Source: Escherichia phage IME267. Taken from it: 64,000 bases of DNA. Below are positions 37,572-46,201 of this stretch, piece by piece; within the stretch, counting starts at the first letter, position 1; every line of letters starts with the position of its first letter. The DNA lies in sequence record NC_070983.1. The stretch is one strand, 5' to 3'. The notes below the pieces were generated by a model. It ran no database searches and was not told the DNA's origin. It was given only the letters and a program-made list of their open reading frames with translations. Made by a program: the position numbers and the translations under genes.

Positions 37572-37774
37572 TTAACTTCCTCAATATCAACTAATTCAAA
37601 ACTTCCTATTTCTTCAAGCTTAATAATCTCTTTAACCTTCTCAACAGCTTTAATAGGGTTTTCTTCTTCTACAACTTTACACCCTGATACTTCAAGACTG
37701 CCTGTTCCACGAAGGTATAAATTCAACTTATAAACTACTTTGTAGTATTTCATCGTGCTCCCAATTTCTTTCAT
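37568..37774 (-). CDS. Small hypothetical protein
   Basis: 68 aa, ATGA-type overlap with the downstream gene. Confidence 0.45.
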   Translation of the reverse strand: MKEIGSTMKYYKVVYKLNLYLRGTGSLEVSGCKVVEEENPIKAVEKVKEIIKLEEIGSFELVDIEEVK

Positions 37775-37907
37775 AATATCCAGAGTTGTAGTTTAGGGCG
37801 CATTTCTCGGCCTCTTCTATGTCGTCTGTGTTTAGGATATTAACCCAACCACCAACTTCATCAAAACCCTCTTCTACCTCATTGAACCACACGCTGTATT
37901 TCTTCAT
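37728..37907 (-). CDS. Small acidic hypothetical protein
   Basis: Internal ATG 37907 forms an ATGA overlap with the upstream small ORF; track start 37943. Confidence 0.35.
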   Translation of the reverse strand: MKKYSVWFNEVEEGFDEVGGWVNILNTDDIEEAEKCALNYNSGYYERNWEHDEILQSSL

Positions 37908-38083
37908 CTTGATAAGACCCTTCCCCAATCCTTGATGTAACATCGACCATCAACCCACTTGGTCTCTGATTTAAACTCTTGAGAGATTCTTGTTTCACAG
38001 TCTTCTTTACTGTAATCACCAAGAGCATCCATCACCCAAAGAAACAGAGCAATTACAATAGACCAGATTAGAAACTTCTTCAT
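37904..38083 (-). CDS. Small protein with N-terminal hydrophobic segment (59 aa, below track threshold)
   Basis: Own translation: MKKFLIWSIVIALFLWVMDALGDYSKEDCETRISQEFKSETKWVDGRCYIKDWGRVLSR; ATGA overlap with the HAD gene stop. Confidence 0.3.
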   Translation of the reverse strand: MKKFLIWSIVIALFLWVMDALGDYSKEDCETRISQEFKSETKWVDGRCYIKDWGRVLSR

Positions 38084-38472
38084 CGTATCACCAGAGGCTC
38101 TTCAGAGTACACAGGAGAGGTTATTTCTACCGGAGGTGCTGCTCTAAGGTCATTAAGCCTTACGCCCTTCAGCATACCATCTAGGTGGTCCATTTTAGGG
38201 ATACCTACAGGGAAGTCATCAATCCAAACATCCACAAAGAAACCCAAGCTCTGAGTGACGGAATCCTTCTGAACACCATTGCAAAAGATAACAGGAATAT
38301 CTAGACTTGCTGCATCTGCTAGAAGCTCCTCATTTGAATACCCATTAGGTTGAGCAAAACGATAGGTGACAATACGTACATCATGTCCACGAGATTTCAT
38401 AAGACCTACAATGTGGGTCCACATCTCTTTGTCCACTGTAAAAGTATCATCATAATCTAAACCAATATTCAT
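38080..38472 (-). CDS. Small HAD-like phosphatase
   Basis: N-terminal DYDDT (DxDxT) and C-terminal WIDDF acidic motif. Confidence 0.5.
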   Translation of the reverse strand: MNIGLDYDDTFTVDKEMWTHIVGLMKSRGHDVRIVTYRFAQPNGYSNEELLADAASLDIPVIFCNGVQKDSVTQSLGFFVDVWIDDFPVGIPKMDHLDGMLKGVRLNDLRAAPPVEITSPVYSEEPLVIR

Positions 38473-38487
38473 ATTAGCCTCTTAGAC

Positions 38488-38517
38488 AAGAAAAGCCACC
38501 CGAAGGTAGCTTATTTA
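38488..38517 (-). terminator. Rho-independent terminator
   Basis: agccaccc-gaa-ggtagct hairpin, the same sequence family as at 34697 and 42197. Confidence 0.45.
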
Positions 38518-38756
38518 TTCTGTGTTTCCAGTTCGCTGATACGAACTTTCAAACCGTTAATCTCAGCCTGAGCAGCTTCTAGTTTAATTAGAGCTTCTTC
38601 AGCGTCAGCTTCTGTTTGAAGAACCGCAGTGGTTAGTTCGTATAAAGCTTGGCGGAGAGAATCTTTTCCCATAGCATGAATCTGTGCAACAAAGAATTGC
38701 TTACCTTCCGTGGTTTCCAAAGTCTCTTTTAATTCTTTAGATGTTAAAATCATCAT
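38511..38756 (-). CDS. Small coiled-coil hypothetical protein
   Basis: 81 aa, heptad-like charged sequence; TAATG overlap with the upstream small ORF. Confidence 0.5.
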   Translation of the reverse strand: MMILTSKELKETLETTEGKQFFVAQIHAMGKDSLRQALYELTTAVLQTEADAEEALIKLEAAQAEINGLKVRISELETQNK

Positions 38757-38923
38757 TACTCCCTTTCATAAATTTTAAGAACTGTACCGCCATCTGCTTC
38801 AATCTGAGCAACTACTTCATCGCGCTCTTCATCAGAATAAACCAGTTGGTTGTGAAATTTGCCTGTACTATCTTGGAAATACACATTCCATTTTGGAGCA
38901 GGTTTACGAATCAAATCCATCAT
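38756..38923 (-). CDS. Small hypothetical protein (55 aa, below track threshold)
   Basis: Own translation: MMDLIRKPAPKWNVYFQDSTGKFHNQLVYSDEERDEVVAQIEADGGTVLKIYERE; GAGGAG 8 nt upstream. Confidence 0.45.
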   Translation of the reverse strand: MMDLIRKPAPKWNVYFQDSTGKFHNQLVYSDEERDEVVAQIEADGGTVLKIYERE

Positions 38924-39054
38924 TGATCTTTCTCCTCTCGTTCAACCCATGTATGGAAAAGCTCCCCATACACTTTGGCATCATCAAAACGTCCTTCTTC
39001 CTGTGCGAGTTTTTGTTGCTTCAAGCACCATTCAGAACTTTTTACTTCTTCCAC
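38920..39054 (-). CDS. Small hypothetical protein (44 aa, GTG start, below track threshold)
   Basis: AAGGAG 8 nt before GTG; ATGA overlap with the next gene. Confidence 0.35.
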   Translation of the reverse strand: MEEVKSSEWCLKQQKLAQEEGRFDDAKVYGELFHTWVEREEKDQ

Positions 39055-39068
39055 TTCCTTGTCTCCTT

Positions 39069-39096
39069 AAAAAGAACTAATCAATAAGACTAGTTC
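39069..39096 (-). terminator. Weak hairpin plus T-run (terminator or operator candidate)
   Basis: gaacta...tagttc inverted repeat followed on the - strand by TTTTT; 10-mer gaactaatca also at 39126. Confidence 0.3.
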
Positions 39097-39135
39097 ATTT
39101 CGTAATACGATTCAGCTCTTCCACTGAACTAATCA

Positions 39136-39447
39136 CTACTTCTCCACCACAAAGAGGTTAACTTCAATGAAAGTTTCGTATTGTGTTGACTCCTGCTTAC
39201 GGGTGTAGTAGAAATGACGACCTTCTAATGCACCTCCGTACTGAGTGGCACATCTTTTAACCATCTCTTTTATCACATCTACAACTGATTCGCCTTTCCA
39301 CGGACGTAACCCCTGAGTTGGGACTTTTGCTGTACAGGTTACTTGTGTGTAACCTACATCTTGTAGAGATATCTCAAGAATCAGCTTTGCCCAAGCATCA
39401 AAATTAAGCTTGGGGTTATATTTAACTTCAGTTTTGATATCAATCAT
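39136..39447 (-). CDS. Hypothetical protein
   Basis: 103 aa ORF, stop overlaps the polymerase start region. Confidence 0.45.
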   Translation of the reverse strand: MIDIKTEVKYNPKLNFDAWAKLILEISLQDVGYTQVTCTAKVPTQGLRPWKGESVVDVIKEMVKRCATQYGGALEGRHFYYTRKQESTQYETFIEVNLFVVEK

Positions 39448-41291
39448 TAGTGAGTATGATTCCAGTTTAATCCAATCTTACAATCTGATGCAAGAGGACA
39501 TTCCATCTTGAGGTATTCCCCTGCTTTACGAACACATTCTTCAGTGAGGGTACGAAGTTTGTTAACATCATCACGATGTACAGTGAACTGTCCTTCATCA
39601 TGCATGTCAATAACCTTCGCACAACGAACACCATCCCGCTCAATCCATTTATTGAGGAATAGCATTGCATACTTCATAACAATCGCCCCAGCGCTCTGTA
39701 AGAGTGTATTTAAGGCTTTATGGACCATAACCTTTCCAGTTGCATCTCTTCTCATTGTAATACGACGTCCATCCACACCGTAGATGTATCCACTTTGCGC
39801 TTTCTCTGTCATACGTTCAATAAGGATTGCAATACAAGGGTTCTCTGCTAAGAATCTTGCTCTCATGATAGCCCCTTCGTCAGAGCCACCACCTACAATA
39901 CTTCCTAACTTAGCGTCACCTGCCCCATAGTTAAAGGCATATATAAACGTCTTAGCGTTATCACGAGTAGGAAGACCAGCAAGTTTTTGGTTATGTGAGT
40001 GAATGTCTCCTTCTAAAAGAATATCTCTGTACATAACAGCAGAAGCTAGACCACGTTCAGCTTCTCGTTTCTTAGCCGGGTTGTTTTCTCGCTCTGCTTC
40101 AGCGAGCATCTCACGACATTCTTTAATAAGGTAGTGAGCTAGCATCCTCAGCTCAAGACCAGAGCCATCGTAACCTAAGAAGATTTCACGACCAGCAGGA
40201 ACATAGAACTTATAGGCACCTACAGGTTTGTCTTTCTTGCCCGGTTTTCCCACTTCGTAGATAATGTTAGTACCCTTTCGTACGTAACACCCATCAGGGA
40301 TATGGTTGGTAATGATGAAAGGATGGTTATGACTATCGTCTGAGGAATAGTCAGATTGAAAAAGACTGCGGCACTCGTGACCAAACAAACCGCGAGAAGG
40401 AATATTAACAACAATGCGATGTTTAAAACGAAATGTCGGAGTAGCGCAGCTATTAGCTTCGGCGGACAACTTACCATCTTTACGTTCCTTGTCGATAAGC
40501 CCGCTAATCAAACCTAGCCTGTGAGCCGCTACAACGCGTCTCTTAAGCAAACTTCCTACACCCCCTAGCTCACCCCCAAGCCCCTCTTCAAGAGTCTCCT
40601 CAAGGTTTGTAGGGGCTGTGGGCCACTTGTTTGATGTAGCCAAAGCTTTTTTGATTTCATCAAAGGTTACAGGTTTCTTCCTATTCGGATTAAGACCTAA
40701 ACCACTGACGTAGGCTTTCATGTAGTTGACAGTGTGATAACGGAAATGTTTATCCAAAAATCTTCGGATATCAGCATCTATCATCTCCGCTGTCTGTTTC
40801 TCTTTAGCATTACCTCGAATCCAAGCAGAATACCATGCAGAGTATGTACCATACTTCTTCATAGCTCTACGGATTTCAAATGTATTCCAAGGTTTCTTAG
40901 AATAATTCCACTCTGGAGGTATGAAGCCCTCATCCATCAAGGCTTCTTTAATACGTGCATCTTTCGATGGGTCGAAGTCTACATACTCAACGCAAGTAAA
41001 CGCCCCACCGATATCTTCTCTTTTAAGACCAACCCTATCGCAATAGAGCTGAGGCCACTTCTGTAAAGCACCTGATTTCTTAAAAGGCTTAGCATAAGTT
41101 GAACCATCCACCCGCATTTTAGGGAGGAGAGGAATCAGTTCTTTATCAATATTGACAATAATCTCTTTGAGAAGGTGAACAAACCACCGAGCGTTTCTTC
41201 TGTTGAAGTTGACTCCATGCTTCGCTTGTTTTGAGATTATATCAGCGACTGTCATCTCCGTTATGAAAGGTAACTTATCAGGGTTATCCAT
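39447..41291 (-). CDS. DNA polymerase, family A, polymerase domain only
   Basis: Motif A YDGSGLELR, motif B RDNAKTFIYAFNYG, motif C VIDMHDEGQF; ATG 41291 with AAGGAG upstream (track GTG 41294). Confidence 0.85.
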   Translation of the reverse strand: MDNPDKLPFITEMTVADIISKQAKHGVNFNRRNARWFVHLLKEIIVNIDKELIPLLPKMRVDGSTYAKPFKKSGALQKWPQLYCDRVGLKREDIGGAFTCVEYVDFDPSKDARIKEALMDEGFIPPEWNYSKKPWNTFEIRRAMKKYGTYSAWYSAWIRGNAKEKQTAEMIDADIRRFLDKHFRYHTVNYMKAYVSGLGLNPNRKKPVTFDEIKKALATSNKWPTAPTNLEETLEEGLGGELGGVGSLLKRRVVAAHRLGLISGLIDKERKDGKLSAEANSCATPTFRFKHRIVVNIPSRGLFGHECRSLFQSDYSSDDSHNHPFIITNHIPDGCYVRKGTNIIYEVGKPGKKDKPVGAYKFYVPAGREIFLGYDGSGLELRMLAHYLIKECREMLAEAERENNPAKKREAERGLASAVMYRDILLEGDIHSHNQKLAGLPTRDNAKTFIYAFNYGAGDAKLGSIVGGGSDEGAIMRARFLAENPCIAILIERMTEKAQSGYIYGVDGRRITMRRDATGKVMVHKALNTLLQSAGAIVMKYAMLFLNKWIERDGVRCAKVIDMHDEGQFTVHRDDVNKLRTLTEECVRKAGEYLKMECPLASDCKIGLNWNHTH

Positions 41292-41307
41292 CACCCACTC
41301 CTTATAG

Positions 41308-41661
41308 TTATTGGTATATTAAGTCTGTGAATGCTTGGTTGTCTTCAACAATATCTAAAGCTTCATATGAATCAGCCAATTCATCCACATAAAAGACTGC
41401 TGGAATATCTTCTGCTCGCTGTCTACGAGATTCCCTTTGTTCATTGATATTTCTTTGAACCTGTGCAAGTTTCATACCCCACACCTGATCATACAACTCT
41501 GGATATTTGTCACTAACCACTACATAATTTCGAGCTGGTTGGTTTCTATTAATCTTCGCTGTCAACTCAATAAACTGGCGAAACTCTTGAATAGAGAGGT
41601 TGTCATGAATATTATCCCATTTGAGAACGCAGTGACGTTCTAGGCGTTGAGGTACTGGCAT
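41308..41661 (-). CDS. Hypothetical protein
   Basis: 117 aa ORF tiling between neighbours. Confidence 0.45.
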   Translation of the reverse strand: MPVPQRLERHCVLKWDNIHDNLSIQEFRQFIELTAKINRNQPARNYVVVSDKYPELYDQVWGMKLAQVQRNINEQRESRRQRAEDIPAVFYVDELADSYEALDIVEDNQAFTDLIYQ

Positions 41662-41664
41662 AAC

Positions 41665-41922
41665 TTACTCCACTGTCGGGAATGGTTTTAGGTTGTTCAT
41701 GGCTGTACGAACATCAGCACAGATTTCAGGATCACGATAAGAGAGGAATTTACCATCCTTACCACGAATCATTACATTAGTCCGTGCTGTTTTATTAGGC
41801 AATAAAGAAATCCCTCCAATAAGATGGTTGGTAGGGTGTTGTCCTTGATTAACCTTGTAGTCATGAGTCTGAGCGTCACCATTAAAGAGATGATCACGAA
41901 TTTGGATTAAGCTAATCTTCAT
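41665..41922 (-). CDS. Small hypothetical protein, tandem paralog A
   Basis: Shares KTARTNVxxRGxDGKFxSxRD and NLKPFP with the adjacent ORF; internal ATG chosen. Confidence 0.45.
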   Translation of the reverse strand: MKISLIQIRDHLFNGDAQTHDYKVNQGQHPTNHLIGGISLLPNKTARTNVMIRGKDGKFLSYRDPEICADVRTAMNNLKPFPTVE

Positions 41923-41923
41923 A

Positions 41924-42175
41924 TTATGCACCAAAGTTAGGGAAAGGTTTCAGATTTTCAATAGACTTAGCAATACGCTTAGGAACAGCCTTATCACGGA
42001 AGGAGATGAACTTTCCATCAGGACCACGAAGGGCTACATTAGTACGAGCTGTTGTTTTGTTAAACTGAATCATCTCAACAGAGCTTGTAACATTTTCTAC
42101 AGGAAAAGTATAGCTCTCAGTTGTGTTCAGAGAAGGGAGGAAATCAGTTACAGTGATGTAAGTTACTTTAGACAT
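41924..42175 (-). CDS. Small hypothetical protein, tandem paralog B
   Basis: ATG 42175 with AAGGT upstream; track GTG start 42211 lies in a terminator hairpin. Confidence 0.45.
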   Translation of the reverse strand: MSKVTYITVTDFLPSLNTTESYTFPVENVTSSVEMIQFNKTTARTNVALRGPDGKFISFRDKAVPKRIAKSIENLKPFPNFGA

Positions 42176-42196
42176 ATTTATTACCTTAGGTTCTAT

Positions 42197-42226
42197 AAAA
42201 GAAAAGGCCACCCGAAATGGGTAGCC
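42197..42226 (-). terminator. Rho-independent terminator
   Basis: ggccaccc-gaaat-gggtagcc hairpin followed on the - strand by a T-run. Confidence 0.5.
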
Positions 42227-42231
42227 TTATA

Positions 42232-42549
42232 TCAACTTGAGCTTAAAGCTCCTTTGCGACCGCCTGCTGATTTTCCAGCACGATCTCCACTTTTGCCGCC
42301 GTTCGAGCGATTTCGAGAGACTGATTCAACACGTAAGTTACTTGACGCATTAGAACCTCCCGACTTGATTGATCGTTTGTGTCCAACATCTTTACCTCGG
42401 ACAGCAGCTTTTCCATCGCGCTTTTCAACGATGCGACGTGCACGGTGGCGCTGAGCATCTCCGCTCTTGCTACCAACGCCGGTCTCACCCCTTGCGATTG
42501 CAGTTCTTCGTTCTTGTGCATAATCACGTTTCGCCTTATCGGTCATCAT
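42232..42549 (-). CDS. Small basic Gly/Ser/Lys/Arg-rich protein
   Basis: AAGGAG 4 nt before ATGATG at 42549; preferred over the overlapping frame 42243..42527. Confidence 0.5.
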   Translation of the reverse strand: MMTDKAKRDYAQERRTAIARGETGVGSKSGDAQRHRARRIVEKRDGKAAVRGKDVGHKRSIKSGGSNASSNLRVESVSRNRSNGGKSGDRAGKSAGGRKGALSSS

Positions 42550-42593
42550 AACTCCTTAATATATCAGTGTACACTAAGGAGTATACATTATGT

Positions 42594-43331
42594 TTATGAT
42601 TTTTCAGATTCCATTGCTTTAACAATAGCTTTACAGAAACCTGAACGAACAATATCATCTGATTCGCCATCTACTAGAGCGGCAAATTCAAATAACTGGT
42701 GACGGTAGATGAAATCAGTAGCCCAATCAAGACCGCTCTCACCACGCATGTCGTGCTGGTTAGTGTCCCCCATGCAGAACATCTGAGAGGTTTCACCAAG
42801 ACGTGTCATGATTGAATATGCTTCATCAGGAGTAGTGTTCTGGAACTCATCAACAATCACGATAGCATCATTGAACGAGCGACCACGTAGATATTCCAGA
42901 GGTACGAACTCAATATTACCATTACCTACTTGACATTCGTAGAAACCTTTACCGTAGCGCTGAGTAATAACATCAACGATTGGCATTAGGTATGGTTCAA
43001 ACTTCTCACGAAGCCCACCGGGAAGTAATCCAAGACTATTACCCATACCAACAGCAGGTCGGCTTAGGATAATCTTCTCAATCTTCCCACTCTTCAGAGC
43101 ATCAATCACTGTAGAAGTGATTACGAAGGTCTTACCACAACCAGCAGGAGCATCTGTGAATACAACCTGTTTGGTTTTAATTGCATCAAGCAGCTCACTC
43201 TGGAATTGGTTCTGAGGTACTACCGGCTTAGCAAGAACTACTTCTTCAAATTCCCGCTTTCCTTTCTTGGTGACGAGAGCTTCACGACGTAATTCTCTCC
43301 GTGATGCTTTCCGAGATTCTCTACGACTCAT
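42594..43331 (-). CDS. phoH: PhoH-like P-loop ATPase
   Basis: Walker A DAPAGCGKT, Walker B-like IVIVDEFQN; GGAGGT RBS. Confidence 0.8.
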   Translation of the reverse strand: MSRRESRKASRRELRREALVTKKGKREFEEVVLAKPVVPQNQFQSELLDAIKTKQVVFTDAPAGCGKTFVITSTVIDALKSGKIEKIILSRPAVGMGNSLGLLPGGLREKFEPYLMPIVDVITQRYGKGFYECQVGNGNIEFVPLEYLRGRSFNDAIVIVDEFQNTTPDEAYSIMTRLGETSQMFCMGDTNQHDMRGESGLDWATDFIYRHQLFEFAALVDGESDDIVRSGFCKAIVKAMESEKS

Positions 43332-43509
43332 TTCCTACCTCCGTGTTCTTCATATAAGAAGCTACAGGATTTACACTCTGAGCAATGGATACCTATAACC
43401 TTAATTTCGACAAACTTCTTATTCTTCCCTTTAGTCGGGGAGCCTTTGGCAAGCTCCCGTATTACTTTCGAGTCCAAATGGAGAAGAGTTGATTCACATT
43501 TAAAACATT

Positions 43510-43830
43510 TCAGATTGATTTGTCCTTATGTAAACGGTATACTTCAGTAGCCATACAAGCTATACGCTCGTCATGTGGGAGATGCATACCAGTAGAGCCG
43601 TTCCATCCTTCGAACTCTGAATCAAAGAATCCAATAGGCTCGGGATACATCTCTTGCAAGGTGGTTAAGTCATCAGCCACTTGTTGCCACTTATCGTCAG
43701 ACCAGATTGGGTCATCCAACCAATAATACAAATAGGAGTGGATAAGCATCTGTGTTCTATGTCGTTTAATCACTTCAGCAGGACTGATTTCATTTCCGTT
43801 ACCAGTCCTAAATGTATTATTGTTGATCAT
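43510..43830 (-). CDS. Hypothetical protein
   Basis: 106 aa; ATGA overlap with the upstream gene. Confidence 0.45.
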   Translation of the reverse strand: MINNNTFRTGNGNEISPAEVIKRHRTQMLIHSYLYYWLDDPIWSDDKWQQVADDLTTLQEMYPEPIGFFDSEFEGWNGSTGMHLPHDERIACMATEVYRLHKDKSI

Positions 43831-44306
43831 TCCAAAACCCTTTCTTCTAAATCATAAAAGATTTGATTTGTCCCATTATTCTCAACAAGCGCTGTTCCAT
43901 TATCTAGCAGGGTAGCAACTTGGGAATAAGGAATGTTCTTTAACATCAGAGCATTAATGGTCGGCTTGTTTTTGAAGTAAGCGACAGGCTCAACATAGAA
44001 GGAAATCCCACGACTTCCTTTAATTGGGGTGCTTGAAGATAGAACCCAAATTGTTTCTGGCTTGTCTATTTCCTTTTCAACACCAACCTCAACAAGAGAG
44101 TCAGCAGCGAAACCTACAGGACGCCTAGAAGAACCAAGCAACCGAACATATCCCGGTAATTTTGACATATTAGACCAACTACCAGTGTTTTCATTAAACA
44201 CAGGTCTTACATCACCATATGCCCAAACCAGATTATCATAGTCACGGGCTATGTATTTAACCCAATCAGGAACATCATACTCCCTTCCTTCAAAAATAGC
44301 TTTCAT
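43827..44306 (-). CDS. Hypothetical protein
   Basis: 159 aa ORF. Confidence 0.45.
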   Translation of the reverse strand: MKAIFEGREYDVPDWVKYIARDYDNLVWAYGDVRPVFNENTGSWSNMSKLPGYVRLLGSSRRPVGFAADSLVEVGVEKEIDKPETIWVLSSSTPIKGSRGISFYVEPVAYFKNKPTINALMLKNIPYSQVATLLDNGTALVENNGTNQIFYDLEERVLE

Positions 44307-44478
44307 TTAGATAACCTTGTGCTTATAGATGTTAGGGTTGTAGTAATGCAACCAGTTTATGTATTGCTTCTGTTCGAGGTAGTGCCTGCAATCATGACAA
44401 AAAGCATGACCCAAACCTGTTTCCTCGTTCAGCTTGAAATTGATAAGAAGCTTCTGCTTTCGACAGAAGCTACATGCT

Positions 44479-45129
44479 TTAGTGGGCTTCACGTAATGCA
44501 TCCCAAGAGATTGGATATATTTTACGAAGCTCTTCATCAATGGTTGATGCGAACACTCGTACTTCGTACTGAGCATGGTCTGACAGTCGCTGACGACACA
44601 ACTCTGACCAACCATATAGAGAACCGGTCCATACCCACTCAGTGATCATACCCTGAGGTAATACGAATCGAGCTTGTTCTGGAGCAATAAACTTAATCAA
44701 CTCATCATATGACTCAAGAGCTGTTTCATATGCCCGATTAATCAGAACTAGTGCAGAGTTTTGCGCTCCTGTGGTGAGGAGATTCCCTGCACCTGCATGG
44801 AGGTCCGAAGGTCTTTCAAAAACCTCTTTAGGGATGAAGAGTTCAACTGCTCCATCTTTATACCTCCGGGACATTTCGTTCCACGAGAATCCAACTTGAT
44901 GCTTGCCCAGCTGTCTCGCAATTGCGATTGGCGCTTTGCATCGGAAGCTAATTGTCGGATGGCGGAATGGTGTGACATGCTTTTCTCTGGCAAGGAACTT
45001 GATAAGGCGTTCATCTCGTTCATTTAACTCTCCTTCACGAGTAACCCCAAAGGAAACTCGAGCTGCATTAACAACAGATTTATCAGAACCCATTGCTTCA
45101 ATTAGTGTTGCTTGTAATTGTTCGTTCAT
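44479..45129 (-). CDS. thyX: ThyX-like flavin-dependent thymidylate synthase homolog with a variant substrate-binding motif
   Basis: ARVSF...TPFRH...KAPIxxARQ...SxxxxSRRY...SDHAQYE parallels ThyX, but the RHR motif position reads KHQ. Confidence 0.7.
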   Translation of the reverse strand: MNEQLQATLIEAMGSDKSVVNAARVSFGVTREGELNERDERLIKFLAREKHVTPFRHPTISFRCKAPIAIARQLGKHQVGFSWNEMSRRYKDGAVELFIPKEVFERPSDLHAGAGNLLTTGAQNSALVLINRAYETALESYDELIKFIAPEQARFVLPQGMITEWVWTGSLYGWSELCRQRLSDHAQYEVRVFASTIDEELRKIYPISWDALREAH

Positions 45130-45143
45130 CCTTGAATTCTTCC

Positions 45144-45359
45144 TTAGTAATGAATCTTTTTATAAATCAGGTTGCTTCCACTTTCTGTTTCAATCCCTTT
45201 CTGGATTGTAATCTTAGAAGCACCGGTATTAGCAATTTTTAAAGCTCGTTTAAAGCGGCGAGCCTCTCTCCGTGTTGTGTATGAGGAGAAGCTAGGGATT
45301 GTACTATCAAAATTAAACCACTTAACTACCCAAAAAGTAATCCAAGGTTTCTTTTCCAT
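45144..45359 (-). CDS. Small basic protein, paralog family member 1 of 3
   Basis: Shares W..W, TRxEARxxKK and C-terminal KxxY with 47224..47439 and 47439..47651. Confidence 0.45.
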   Translation of the reverse strand: MEKKPWITFWVVKWFNFDSTIPSFSSYTTRREARRFKRALKIANTGASKITIQKGIETESGSNLIYKKIHY

Positions 45360-45360
45360 A

Positions 45361-45636
45361 TTAAATACCTTTCAGAGCTGTATCTAAAAACGCACGGAGG
45401 TTTGATTCAGTTTGCATACCGGACAAGCTGTAGTGAGCACCACTGTTCATGTTAGGAACCACAAAGGATGGGATACTGCGAACACCATATTCAATGGCTC
45501 GCTCTCGACCATCACCTTCAGAGATATTTACTTCTTCAACTTCTACGTTGTAATCAGCTACAACTTTCTTAAACACAGGAGCCATAGCTGCACATGGAGC
45601 ACATGAATTACTATAAAACTTAATTACTTTACTCAT
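45361..45636 (-). CDS. Thioredoxin or glutaredoxin-like protein
   Basis: CAPC active-site motif in a thioredoxin-length protein; ATG 45636 with AAGGAA upstream (track start 45690). Confidence 0.65.
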   Translation of the reverse strand: MSKVIKFYSNSCAPCAAMAPVFKKVVADYNVEVEEVNISEGDGRERAIEYGVRSIPSFVVPNMNSGAHYSLSGMQTESNLRAFLDTALKGI

Positions 45637-45826
45637 TCTATTCCTTGTTAATAAACAGGTTGATATGACGCTGGGTAGCAGGAACAACAATAAAAGATTT
45701 ATACTGACCTTTTGCTAAGTCATGAGCAATCTTCTTTGTCTGACCAAGACCCATCACACAGCCACTAACGATAATGGCATGTGCTTGTAATTCTTCAGGT
45801 AGGTTTAGTTTCACTCTTTGGGTTCC

Positions 45827-46012
45827 TTATAGCATGCAAAGAATAATAACAAGAGGTAGTGTTATAGCAAAATGTACCAGAACAACACTACCTAGCTTGA
45901 TAGCTTTAACATCCTCTTCTGCTGGGTTTTCTTTAATTGCTAAATTTCGAGCTTTATATATAACAGTACCAACTATTAACGACCACACGGCCCACACAAT
46001 CAGTGAAATCAT
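45827..46012 (-). CDS. Small membrane protein, tandem paralog 1
   Basis: Two hydrophobic segments around a conserved KENP loop; similar to the adjacent ORF. Confidence 0.4.
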   Translation of the reverse strand: MISLIVWAVWSLIVGTVIYKARNLAIKENPAEEDVKAIKLGSVVLVHFAITLPLVIILCML

Positions 46013-46021
46013 ATCAAACCC

Positions 46022-46201
46022 TTATGCAGTCAACAGGTGGAGAAGGAAAGGAATAACAACAGAGAAAATTACCAGAGCAATGCTGCCATGTTTAATGGGT
46101 TTAGCGTCATTCGGGTTCTCTTTAAGCATCTGTTTCTGAGCTACATAAACGATACCGCCAACAAAAATTGCCCATACAGACCATACGATTGCTGAAAACA
46201 T
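46022..46201 (-). CDS. Small membrane protein, tandem paralog 2
   Basis: ATG 46201 gives a 59 aa protein colinear with 45827..46012 (IVWxVWxxxVG...KENP...). Confidence 0.4.
   Translation of the reverse strand: MFSAIVWSVWAIFVGGIVYVAQKQMLKENPNDAKPIKHGSIALVIFSVVIPFLLHLLTA

Noticed and set aside
42243-42527. Alternative-frame ORF on the same strand as 42232..42549
   Set aside because: Only 42232..42549 has a strong Shine-Dalgarno (AAGGAG) correctly spaced before its ATG; the other frame starts inside it with no RBS.
44307-44615. Cys-rich 102-residue ORF overlapping the 3' end of the ThyX-like gene
   Set aside because: It overlaps the ThyX-like gene by over 100 nt, and none of its candidate start codons has a recognisable RBS; left unannotated as unresolved.
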